This document shows positions 30,992 to 40,378 of a stretch of 64,000 nt of DNA, one piece after another. The stretch is from Gammaproteobacteria bacterium. GTDB taxonomy: Bacteria; Pseudomonadota; Gammaproteobacteria; CBDBNL01; JAAOII01. Under the pieces are notes generated by a model, which ran no database searches, was not told the DNA's origin, and worked only from the letters and a program-made list of their open reading frames with translations. The DNA is taken from contig OZ242372.1 in NCBI GenBank assembly GCA_965209035.1, forward strand, positions 1,056,001 to 1,120,000. The letters run 5' to 3'. The first letter of the stretch is position 1. Each line of letters opens with the position of its first letter. Position numbers and translations under genes: made by a program.

Positions 30992-31462
30992 ATGAAAACA
31001 AAAGTTTCTATGCTTATTTATTTTCTTCTCGTGCTCGGCTTTTTCACGAACGGGATCACCACTCTGGTCGGTTTAATCTTGGCATATATTTTTGCCGGCG
31101 ATGCCGCTGCGGAAGAGAAAACACACTATACTTATCAAATCCGCGGTTTCTGGATCTTTCTCCTTTATGCGATCATCCTGTCGGTCATCTCTCTCATTCT
31201 CGCCTTGATCCTGTTGGGTCCGGCGTGGTTTGAGTTCGCCCAACTGACGGAAACCTGGGATAACCGAGGACCCGGACAGCATCCTTGGGACAGATCAGAC
31301 AGGGTGTGGTTTGTCAGAGAATATATCGGCATCGGCAACTTTGTCGGCGTGTTTTTCTCTTTCCTGCTACTGCCCCTATTCGCTATCGGTCGTTTCATCA
31401 AAGGCATCCGACTTCTAATGAAGAAACAGCCTGTTTCCAACCCGAAAACCTGGTTAATTTGA
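30992..31462 (+). CDS. DUF4870-like membrane protein, copy 2
   Basis: Tandem paralog with a different central loop. Confidence 0.75.
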   Translation: MKTKVSMLIYFLLVLGFFTNGITTLVGLILAYIFAGDAAAEEKTHYTYQIRGFWIFLLYAIILSVISLILALILLGPAWFEFAQLTETWDNRGPGQHPWDRSDRVWFVREYIGIGNFVGVFFSFLLLPLFAIGRFIKGIRLLMKKQPVSNPKTWLI

Positions 31463-31528
31463 TTTAGAAAAGATATTACAATAAACATTCTTTTATTCTT
31501 ACAACTACTTTATTGAGGTACTATTTAT

Positions 31529-31981
31529 ATGAAAACAAAAGTTTCTATGCTTATTTATTTTCTTCTCGTGCTTGGCTTTTTCACGAACGGGATCACCACT
31601 CTGGTCGGTTTAATCTTGGCATATATTTTTGCCGGTGATGCCGGCGCGGAAGAGAAAACACACTATACTTATCAAATCCGCGGTTTCTGGATCTTTCTCC
31701 TTTATGCGGCCATCCTGTCGGTCATCTTTCTCATTCTCGCCTTGATCCTGTTGGGTCCGGCGTGGTTTGTTGAGTTTGCCCAACTGGCGCAAACCCGGGA
31801 TAACCGAGGCGGACCCGGCGGCATGTGGTTCGTCAGAGAATATATCGGCATCGGCAACTTTGTCGGCGTATTTTTCCCTTTCCTGCTACTGCCCCTATTC
31901 GCTATCGGTCGTTTCATCAAAGGCATCCGACTTCTGATGAAGAAACAGCCTGTTTCCAACCCGAAAACCTGGTTAATTTGA
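31529..31981 (+). CDS. DUF4870-like membrane protein, copy 3
   Basis: Tandem paralog with a different central loop. Confidence 0.75.
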   Translation: MKTKVSMLIYFLLVLGFFTNGITTLVGLILAYIFAGDAGAEEKTHYTYQIRGFWIFLLYAAILSVIFLILALILLGPAWFVEFAQLAQTRDNRGGPGGMWFVREYIGIGNFVGVFFPFLLLPLFAIGRFIKGIRLLMKKQPVSNPKTWLI

Positions 31982-32060
31982 TTTGATTTAAATGCGAGTT
32001 TAAGGATGCCGGCATTGGGACCGAAATTGATTAATAGAACTATAAAATTAGAGAACTAAA

Positions 32061-32291
32061 ATGGAAAAATATGAAATAGAACAAATTGTAAAAACACTGT
32101 TAGTGCAACATCGAAATGAGAATCGTCAAGAACGCAAGGAAGATTTAAACAAAGTCATAGACAAAATCGATAGAAGTCTAAGATCCCTGGAAAGCTCAGC
32201 GGGACGCGATTTAAGTAAAATCTTACAGACATTAGAAAAAATAGAAAGGGAAATTAAAGAAGTAAGAGATCAAATTAAGTCCATAAGATAA
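32061..32291 (+). CDS. Small coiled-coil hypothetical protein
   Basis: AT-rich 76-aa ORF with heptad pattern. Confidence 0.55.
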   Translation: MEKYEIEQIVKTLLVQHRNENRQERKEDLNKVIDKIDRSLRSLESSAGRDLSKILQTLEKIEREIKEVRDQIKSIR

Positions 32292-32692
32292 ACCAACGAT
32301 AGTCCTCATATAGAGCTGCTGCCGTCTTTATTCGCTATCGGTCGTTTCATTAAAAAGCATCCAACTTCTGACTCAAGAAACGGCCGCCCCCGACGACCCC
32401 CAATCCAAAAATTGGGTTAATCCGATTACAGGCGAGTTTGTTTGTTTAAGGATGCCGGCATCGGAACCGACCTCATTCGGCGGCAATAATATCCTCATTC
32501 GGATCCTTTCAAGTGAATGCTCTTTCACAAAGATCTGTTCTTAAGAAGCGCGTGATGTACATTACGGGATGATCAAGATAGTGCGCAATTGGAAACAGAG
32601 GTGTTCATAAGCAACAATCAACCCGCTCATTTTAAGGAGTATTTAACAAAAGGGATTCACGATCTGCCCGGCCAACATCTAAAAGAACAAAA

Positions 32693-33541
32693 GTGAGCAA
32701 TTATAACGACAAACTCATTTGCGGTGAAACCCTGGAAACGCTGCGAACCATCCCGAACGAAACGGCCGACTTAACCATCACATCACCGCCCTACAACAAA
32801 CAGGAAAAAAACCACGGCGAGCTGGTCAAACGCGTAGTCTATGCGGGCTATAAAGACAAACTCCCCGAAGCGGAATACCGGGAAAAGCAAGTGGCAACAC
32901 TAAACGAAATCTGGCGTCTAACCAAACCGGGTGGTTCCATGTTTTACAACCACAAAATCCGATGGGAGCGCGGCGATATGTTCCATCCAATGGACTGGCT
33001 GCGTAGCACCGACTGGCTGATAAAACAAGAAATCATCTGGGACCGCACCCTTGCCGGCAACATTCGCGGCTGGCGGTTTTGGCAGGTGGAAGAACGCATT
33101 TACTGGCTTTACAAACCCAAGGACGGCATCAAACTCGGCAAGGAACTGGCTTCCAAAGACGCCAAGTTCACTTCCGTCTGGCGGGCGGTGCCGGAAAACA
33201 ACAACCCGCACCCCGCCCCGTTCCCCATATGGCTTCCCGCCCGCATCATTCTTTCCCTCCTGATGCCCCAAGAACCCGCCCTGGTGCTGGACCCGTATAT
33301 CGGCAGCGGCACAACGGCTGTGGCGGCACACCTGCTGGGCCACCGCTATCTTGGTATTGATATCAGCCCGGAGTATCTGCAACATGCCAAAAACCGCATC
33401 GCCCGGGCGGAACAAGAAAGAGACAAGGTGCAACAGGAAGCGGAGCGACACACCGTGCAAAAGACCTTTCAACAACGCAAAAAAGACGGCTCCTATTCGC
33501 CGAGATCCACAAAAGTTCCCGACTCACGGACCCTGCTTTAA
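32693..33541 (+). CDS. Site-specific DNA methyltransferase (N4/N6, beta class)
   Basis: TSPPYN before HPAPFP and DPYIGSGTT, GIDISPEY. Confidence 0.92.
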   Translation: MSNYNDKLICGETLETLRTIPNETADLTITSPPYNKQEKNHGELVKRVVYAGYKDKLPEAEYREKQVATLNEIWRLTKPGGSMFYNHKIRWERGDMFHPMDWLRSTDWLIKQEIIWDRTLAGNIRGWRFWQVEERIYWLYKPKDGIKLGKELASKDAKFTSVWRAVPENNNPHPAPFPIWLPARIILSLLMPQEPALVLDPYIGSGTTAVAAHLLGHRYLGIDISPEYLQHAKNRIARAEQERDKVQQEAERHTVQKTFQQRKKDGSYSPRSTKVPDSRTLL

Positions 33542-33906
33542 TTTCAATCAACAATCAACAACCGCATCACCTGGTTCGGGGTCCGGGGGCGGGAGCCAGC
33601 AACAAACACACGCAAACAAACCGCAACGATCGAAAGCCGAGGGAAGTCGTCGGCGACAGCGCGGATTAAACATCACCAAAAGACATAGGTTTCCGGTTCC
33701 CGGCGAGCATGAATCGGGTATCGATACTTCTGTGGTGATTGCCCCGCACCGGACATTAAAGAACAAAAGAATACCGACAGTAGTTCGGCGACAACTTGAG
33801 AGCCGGTCTGCCTGGGCGGGTTGCCCCGTTTGGGTGAGCGCAAGTAAGACGCCTCTTACCTGATAAAAGAAACCGAAAAAAGATAGTTCGGTTAAAATAT
33901 AGGGAT

Positions 33907-35712
33907 ATGCTTCATCCTGATGTCAAAACTTATCTTGAAAAATTAGACCAAGAGCAAAAGCCTCTTATGTCTTACAACGGCGAATATGATATTGCCGCAG
34001 AAATAGAAAAGATTCTCACAAAAATTCCTAATTATAAACTGACTTTTGAAGATGGAGCCGAACTAGCAGCATTTGATTTTATGGCAGATCCCTTAAGCAA
34101 TAATCATGACTGGGGAACTTATTATAGTCCGAAGTTTGTTTTTTGGGATCAACAAGGACAAGGGAAGGAATATCCAAGTATCCAAAAAGTAAAAAAAGAA
34201 ACATTAATATATTGGACAGAAAGAACAAAAGTAACTCAAAACCCTATCTTATCTTCGAGATATGCCGATCTGGTAGTTGATTTTTCTAAAAAAATTACAG
34301 AGAAAAATCCTCCTGTTGAATTGTTTCAAATAGTGATAAATTCAAATATTGAAATTTGTAAAAAATCATTGGTTAACCCCAAAAATCGCATGATAAAAAT
34401 CAAAAGAGCATTGATTTTAGCAATACAAATTAACAATCAAGAAAACATTACCCAAGTAAAAGAAGCCATAATTGATGCCGCTCAAAAATCAGTGGGAGAT
34501 GATCGACTTAAATGGTGGTCATTCGCCTTCCAATCACTTATTCTGGATTACGGCAAAAAGATTCAACTCAATGAAGCAGAAAAAACAAAACTGATTAAAG
34601 AATTAGAAGACAGATTAAAAGCGAAAATCAAATATCCGAGGTTGACGGACAACACAGTTGATATGCTTGCCAAATATTACGCCAAAATAGAAGATAAAGA
34701 TAACTTGATAAAAGTTTTGAGCATATATGAGAGATTTTGGAAAGAAACTCTCGGCACAAACTCTGACGCATTTTGGCAAATGCATGTCTACACAAAAATA
34801 CATGAAATATACCGGCACTACGCGGATAGAGGATTCGAAAAAGCCGAAGAGGCAAGCGGCAGGATTTCGCAAGAAATAAGCAATCTGGATTTGGATTGGG
34901 ATAAATCGCTTGAAAAAGTTTCTATATCAATAGAAATTAAGCAAAAATTTATTGACCACTTGTTTAAAGAATTTTTTGGAGATAAGGAGCAGCATAAATT
35001 AGAAATAATTCTTTCTAAAATAGTGAACCGTTTTTTGCCGAGAAAAGAAAAAATAAAAAAACAACTAAAAGACTTCTCGGGAAAGAACTTAATGCAATCT
35101 TTAATTCGGCAACAAATTATTTCCGAGGACGGTATGCTCATAGCAAAACTTACTCCATCCGGAAAAGATGACGACAGTTATTTCCAGCATTCTGCTTCAC
35201 AAGATATTCAATTCGGTTCTTGTTTCTTAATGCTAACAATGTCCGAATTTAAAAAACGAATTTCTAAGCAAAATATTACAGAATATTTTAGAAATTCTTA
35301 TCTTTTTGAAAACGAAAACAACAAATATTTAGAGCAAGCAATTTCAGCATATTGGGATGAGGATTCATCCCATTTATTTATGCTAATGATAGAACGCAGC
35401 ATCAGAAAACTAATCAAAAATTGTGGCGGGACCGTTATAAAACCAAATGCTCTTAACGGATATGAATTTCTTTCCCTTAATCAATTGCTAGACAAGCAAA
35501 GTGATGTTATTGAAAAAATGTTTGGGGAAGTAGACCATAATATACCTTTTTATTTCAGGCTGATCCTTACGGAAAAATTAGGAATGAATTTAAGAAACGA
35601 TTTTGCCCATGGTATCAACATAGAGAAGTTTTCCACACCCCAAGTGTCGGACCGTCTTTTTCATATCATGCTATGCTTATCCTTGGTAAGAAAAAAGAGC
35701 AAAAATAAATAG
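33907..35712 (+). CDS. DUF4209-like protein with C-terminal HEPN-like R-x4-H motif
   Basis: IERSIR, LNQLL, GMNLRNDFAHG; AT-rich. Confidence 0.7.
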   Translation: MLHPDVKTYLEKLDQEQKPLMSYNGEYDIAAEIEKILTKIPNYKLTFEDGAELAAFDFMADPLSNNHDWGTYYSPKFVFWDQQGQGKEYPSIQKVKKETLIYWTERTKVTQNPILSSRYADLVVDFSKKITEKNPPVELFQIVINSNIEICKKSLVNPKNRMIKIKRALILAIQINNQENITQVKEAIIDAAQKSVGDDRLKWWSFAFQSLILDYGKKIQLNEAEKTKLIKELEDRLKAKIKYPRLTDNTVDMLAKYYAKIEDKDNLIKVLSIYERFWKETLGTNSDAFWQMHVYTKIHEIYRHYADRGFEKAEEASGRISQEISNLDLDWDKSLEKVSISIEIKQKFIDHLFKEFFGDKEQHKLEIILSKIVNRFLPRKEKIKKQLKDFSGKNLMQSLIRQQIISEDGMLIAKLTPSGKDDDSYFQHSASQDIQFGSCFLMLTMSEFKKRISKQNITEYFRNSYLFENENNKYLEQAISAYWDEDSSHLFMLMIERSIRKLIKNCGGTVIKPNALNGYEFLSLNQLLDKQSDVIEKMFGEVDHNIPFYFRLILTEKLGMNLRNDFAHGINIEKFSTPQVSDRLFHIMLCLSLVRKKSKNK

Positions 35713-35741
35713 AAGCATCTCAACCGATCATTAAGATCGGC

Positions 35742-35980
35742 TGCATCATCTCAGAAAGGTTTTGGACTCGGAGTTTGAGATTATTCGCCCCAACACCCGG
35801 GAAACTAAAGTTCTAACCGGAGTTATCCAAAGTATTCATGCATTCAACACCAAGATCATTGACCGCCCCCGGGGGATAATTTCAAACTTCCTTGTTACTC
35901 GTTATATGCAGCACAAACAACTCTCGCCGGTTGAGTTCGGACAAAAACATAAAGAGTCCAAAACCGGGTGGGATTATAAA
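35742..35980 (+). mobile_element. MITE-like relic of the IS481-like element
   Basis: Left end TGCATCATCTCAGAAAGGTTTTGGACT, right end CAAACAACTCTCGCC..AGTCCAAAACCGGGTGGGATTATA; no TSD retained. Confidence 0.7.
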
Positions 35981-37149
35981 CAAACCTTTTCAAATAACAA
36001 CTGATCATTAACTACGCTAAATTCCACAAAGCATAAAGGAACTATGTTTTTATTCTGCTCATTGAACTCTTTTATACTGCTTAATAAATCTTGATAGGCG
36101 TCACTGTTTTTATCGCTTATTTTCTTTGAAAGCAAAACGGGACGGACATCACTCGGATGATTCGGAATGTAATACTGCTCAGTCCAATCAATATATCTTT
36201 GCATTTGCCAAACATTATCCGGAACCGCCTCAGCGGATTTAAGTTCTATAATCATCAATGTTCTCTCGTTGCTGTCATTGCCATCATTAACAGAACACAT
36301 CAAATCAATCCGTTGCATCCCAACTCCGCAAGAAACTTCATTCCCCAACCACTCTAACTTTTTGTTATTCAATAAAGCGGTATCCAAACTATCATTGGTG
36401 TTCCTGCCAAGATTTTGGGCGATATATGCTTGTAAGTGCGTTTCCAACTTGTGACCCGCATCATATTTTCCTATAAAACGCGGCAAGATGTTTATTTTTT
36501 CTTGAACTCCTTTATAAGAACGGGGTGCTTGAGATTGACAAACAATTTTTCCGCCATGGCTTTCGTCAAAGGTAAGCCGTTTACCTTGACAACTTAATTC
36601 GGCACGAGAATTTTTATCTCTGATCATTTGAATAAGACACTCGGACTCATAAATTGTAATCATTGTATTGCCTCTGTTACCTTTTAATTTGCGATAGATG
36701 AGGCTCCAAAGCATTTGATATGGCGGACCTATTTTTTTAATTTCATCCAATCCTTCCCATTCGGTAATGCCCTCGGGATATACTCGATGCGGTTCAATCA
36801 GTGTTCTAAAAGTCAAAGATTTACCCAACTCTTTTTTAAGATACTGATGTTCATTATGATTGTCCAAGAAGCAGTTATCATGTTTTGCCTTAAACACTCC
36901 AAAAAACTTGTCTTCTTCAATTTGTTTTCTTTGATCTTGTTGCAAGTAAAAAATAATGTAATCTCCTCTTCTGATGCGACCCCCATCCGCTATCATACCA
37001 ACCTGGTTTCTCTCAATGGTATGACTGCGATCGCCATTTCCCGTGTTATTAAAATTCACCTTATGATCCTTGGCACCTGTTCCGGCAAACAGATATTCCA
37101 AATGATACTTAAATGTTTGCACATCCACAACAAAAACATGCGTAGTCAT
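35974..37149 (-). CDS. Putative EVE/PUA-like + NucS-type PD-(D/E)XK endonuclease
   Basis: IRRGDYIIFY N-domain; LETHLQAYI, EV..RIDL, IELKS, QMQRYIDW. Confidence 0.7.
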   Translation of the reverse strand: MTTHVFVVDVQTFKYHLEYLFAGTGAKDHKVNFNNTGNGDRSHTIERNQVGMIADGGRIRRGDYIIFYLQQDQRKQIEEDKFFGVFKAKHDNCFLDNHNEHQYLKKELGKSLTFRTLIEPHRVYPEGITEWEGLDEIKKIGPPYQMLWSLIYRKLKGNRGNTMITIYESECLIQMIRDKNSRAELSCQGKRLTFDESHGGKIVCQSQAPRSYKGVQEKINILPRFIGKYDAGHKLETHLQAYIAQNLGRNTNDSLDTALLNNKKLEWLGNEVSCGVGMQRIDLMCSVNDGNDSNERTLMIIELKSAEAVPDNVWQMQRYIDWTEQYYIPNHPSDVRPVLLSKKISDKNSDAYQDLLSSIKEFNEQNKNIVPLCFVEFSVVNDQLLFEKVCL

Positions 37150-37168
37150 TTACCAAGCCTTATCTTAC

Positions 37169-38377
37169 TTAATAAGGGTCTTGTATTGGAGAAGATTCCT
37201 CCGCTTCTTTTAATCCCAAGGCGTAGGCTCTGTTATGAATCGTATCTTTATGATCCGGGTTTATTTTCAACACCCGATCATAGTCCTCTACCGCAGCGTC
37301 AAATTGTTTTAATTCAAGTTTGACAGTGGCTCTATTAAAAAAGATGTCCGTGTTTTGCGGATCAAGCTCAATCACACGGTCATAATCGGCAAGAGCCTCT
37401 TCATACTGCTCCAACCCGAACCTGGCATTTCCCCGATTGAAGTATGCGCCGGCATATTCCGGATCCATTTCAATAACACGATCATAATCGGCAATAGATT
37501 CTTCATACTGCTCCAACCCGAACCTGACATTTCCCCGATTGAAGTATGCGCCGGCATATTCCGGATCAATTTCAATAACACGGTCATAATCGGCAATAGA
37601 TTCTTCAAATTGTTCCAATCCAAGATTGGCATTTCCCCGATTGAAGTATGCGTCGGCATCTTCCGGCTCAATTGCAATGGCACGGTCAAAATCGGCAATA
37701 GCCGCCGCATACTGCTCCAATTCAAACTTGGCATTTCCCCGATAGAAGTACGAGCGGGCATTTTCCGGATCAATTTCTATGGCACGACTATGATCGACAA
37801 CCGTCTGTTCGTATTGTTTTAACTGGGCATAGGCATTTCCTCGGTTGCCATATGCCTCGGCATATTTCGGATTAATTGCAATGGCACAGTCAAAATCGGC
37901 AAGAGCCTCTTCAAACCGATTTAATTTTCTTTTGATATTCGCCCGTTCGTGATATGCCACGGCATATTTCGGATTAATTGCAATGACACGATCGTAATCG
38001 GCAAGAGATAGTTCATACTGCTTTAAATTGCTTCGGGCAACTCCTCTGTGAAAGTATGCTTCCGCAAACTGCGGATTAATTTCTATGGCACGGGTATAAT
38101 CAGCAATAGCCGGTTCATACCGCCCCAAGTCATACTTGGCAATTCCCCGATTGTTGTATGCCTCGGCATGCTCCGGATTAATTTCAATAACACGGTCATA
38201 ATCGGCAATAGATTCTTCAAATTGTCCTAACCTGAACTTGGCTTGTCCCCGATTGTAGTATGCGCCGGCATTTTCGGGGTCAATCCCGATGACCCGGTCA
38301 TACTCTTTTATCGCACCCGGATAGTCCTCTTGTTGCAAAAGGGCGTTACCTTTTTTCAAATGTTCTTCTATGGTCAT
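37169..38377 (-). CDS. Tetratricopeptide repeat protein 1
   Basis: 34-aa repeats AYxNRG..AIADYDRAIEINP. Confidence 0.95.
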   Translation of the reverse strand: MTIEEHLKKGNALLQQEDYPGAIKEYDRVIGIDPENAGAYYNRGQAKFRLGQFEESIADYDRVIEINPEHAEAYNNRGIAKYDLGRYEPAIADYTRAIEINPQFAEAYFHRGVARSNLKQYELSLADYDRVIAINPKYAVAYHERANIKRKLNRFEEALADFDCAIAINPKYAEAYGNRGNAYAQLKQYEQTVVDHSRAIEIDPENARSYFYRGNAKFELEQYAAAIADFDRAIAIEPEDADAYFNRGNANLGLEQFEESIADYDRVIEIDPEYAGAYFNRGNVRFGLEQYEESIADYDRVIEMDPEYAGAYFNRGNARFGLEQYEEALADYDRVIELDPQNTDIFFNRATVKLELKQFDAAVEDYDRVLKINPDHKDTIHNRAYALGLKEAEESSPIQDPY

Positions 38378-38485
38378 GATCTGTGTTGTTGGCAGAACCT
38401 TTCGGTTGGTAATATTAATAGTGAATAACGAGTTTGGTTAATCTCTGCTTTCTATTGTTTGAATTTCTTCGCAAGACATGGTTGT

Positions 38486-38513
38486 ATTATACTTTTAAGG
38501 AAAGGCAAGGCAA
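38486..38513 (-). promoter_or_regulatory. Putative sigma70 promoter, with related copies before each TPR gene
   Basis: TTGCCT-N16-TATAAT; TATAAT..CATG block recurs near 40075, 41645, 42922, 46840, 48788. Confidence 0.55.
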
Positions 38514-38758
38514 AACAAAATAAAGCACAGCCGGCAGATACAGGCTCGCAAAGAATCTCTCACCTCGCCCCCCGGTCCCCGGTCCCTTAAGATTTCAAAG
38601 TATCGCATAAGCTGGGAGTTGGGAGTTATTAAAAGCCCGGCTGTGCGTTCGCCGGTGTTTATGTTCGCCGAGGGGCAAACGCAAAAATAGATAGCATCGC
38701 AATGATAAAAAACACCAAAGTCAGCACGCCCTCAATTTGCCGCCCCAAAGAGCGGCAA

Positions 38759-39964
38759 TTATTTTTTTACTTTTTTCCGTTTTTTATGAGGAGTTTTTAA
38801 TGTCAAGGCATAGGCTCTGTTATGAATCGCTTCTTGATCATCCGGGTCTATTTTCAACACCTTATCATAATCGGCAACCGCAGCGTCATACCGGTTTAAT
38901 TTAAGTTTGACAGTTCCTCTGTTGAAAAAGGCTTCCGCATTTTGCGGTTCCAATTCAATGACACGGTCATAATTGGCAATCGCCTGTTCGTATTGTTTTA
39001 ACCAGGCATGGGCTTTTCCTCGGTTGTTGTATGCTATGGCATATTGCGGTTCAAGTTCAACGGCGCGCTCATAATCGGCAATAGCCGCCGCATACTGCTC
39101 CAATTCAAACTTGGCATTTCCCCGATAGAAGTACGAGCGGGCATTTCCCGGATCAATTTCTATGGCACGACTATGATCGACAACCGTCTGTTCGTATTGT
39201 TTTAACTGGGCATAGGCATTTCCTCGATTGCCATATGCCTCGGCATATTTCGGATTAATTGCAATGGCACAGTCAAAATCGGCAAGAGCATCTTCAAACC
39301 GATTTAATTTTCTTTTGATATTCGCCCGTTCGTGATATGCCACGGCATATTTCGGATTAATTGCAATGACACGATCGTAATCGGCAAGAGATAGTTCATA
39401 CTGCTTTAAATTGCTTCGGGCAACTCCTCTGTGAAAGTATGCTTCCGCAAACTGCGGATTAATTTCTATGGCACGGGTATAATCGGCAATCGCCGGTTCA
39501 TACCGCCCCAAGTCAAACTTGGCAATTCCCCGATTGTTGTATGCCTCGGCATGCTCCGGATTAATTTCAATCGCACGCTCATAATCGGCAATCGCCTTCT
39601 TATGTTGTTTTAATCTAAACCGGACATTTCCCCGACAGAAGTATGCTTCGGCATGCTCCGGATTAATTTCAAGGGCACGGCTGTAATCGGCGACAGATTG
39701 TTCGTATTGTTTTAACCGGGAGTGGGCGCCCCCCCTATCGTGATATGCATCCGCATCCGTCGGATCAAGTGCAATGGCACGGGTATAATCGGCAATAGCC
39801 CCTTCATACTGCTCCAACCCGAACTTGGCAATTCCCCGATGTAAGTACGCAACGGTATTTTGAGAGTCAAGCCGGATCGCCCGGTCATACTCTTTTATCG
39901 CACCCCGATAGTCCTCTTGTTGCAAAAGGGCGTTACCTTTTTTCAAATGTTCTTCTATGGTCAT
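38759..39964 (-). CDS. Tetratricopeptide repeat protein 2 (basic tail)
   Basis: TPR repeats; ends KKRKKVKK. Confidence 0.95.
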   Translation of the reverse strand: MTIEEHLKKGNALLQQEDYRGAIKEYDRAIRLDSQNTVAYLHRGIAKFGLEQYEGAIADYTRAIALDPTDADAYHDRGGAHSRLKQYEQSVADYSRALEINPEHAEAYFCRGNVRFRLKQHKKAIADYERAIEINPEHAEAYNNRGIAKFDLGRYEPAIADYTRAIEINPQFAEAYFHRGVARSNLKQYELSLADYDRVIAINPKYAVAYHERANIKRKLNRFEDALADFDCAIAINPKYAEAYGNRGNAYAQLKQYEQTVVDHSRAIEIDPGNARSYFYRGNAKFELEQYAAAIADYERAVELEPQYAIAYNNRGKAHAWLKQYEQAIANYDRVIELEPQNAEAFFNRGTVKLKLNRYDAAVADYDKVLKIDPDDQEAIHNRAYALTLKTPHKKRKKVKK

Positions 39965-40378
39965 GATCTGTGTTATTGATGAAACCTTTCGGTTGGTAAT
40001 ATTAATAGTGAATAACGAGTTTGGTTAATCCCTTCCGCTCTTGTTTGAATTTCTTTGCAAGACATGTTTGTATTATACTTTTAAGACAAGGCAAGGCAAG
40101 GCAAGGCAAAATAAAACAAAACCGAACAAAAGAAAAACCAAACAAAGCACAGCCGACAGATACAGGCTCGCAAAGAATCTCTCACCTCGCCCCCCGTCCC
40201 CGGTCCCTTAAGATTTCAAAGTATCGCATAAGTTGGAAGTTGGGAGTTATTAAAAGACCGGCTGTGTGTTCGCAGGTGTTTATGTCGCCGAGAGGCAAAC
40301 GCAAAAATAGATAGCATCGCAATGATAAAAAACACCAAAGTCAGCACGCCCCCAATTTGCCACCTCAAAGAGCGGCAA

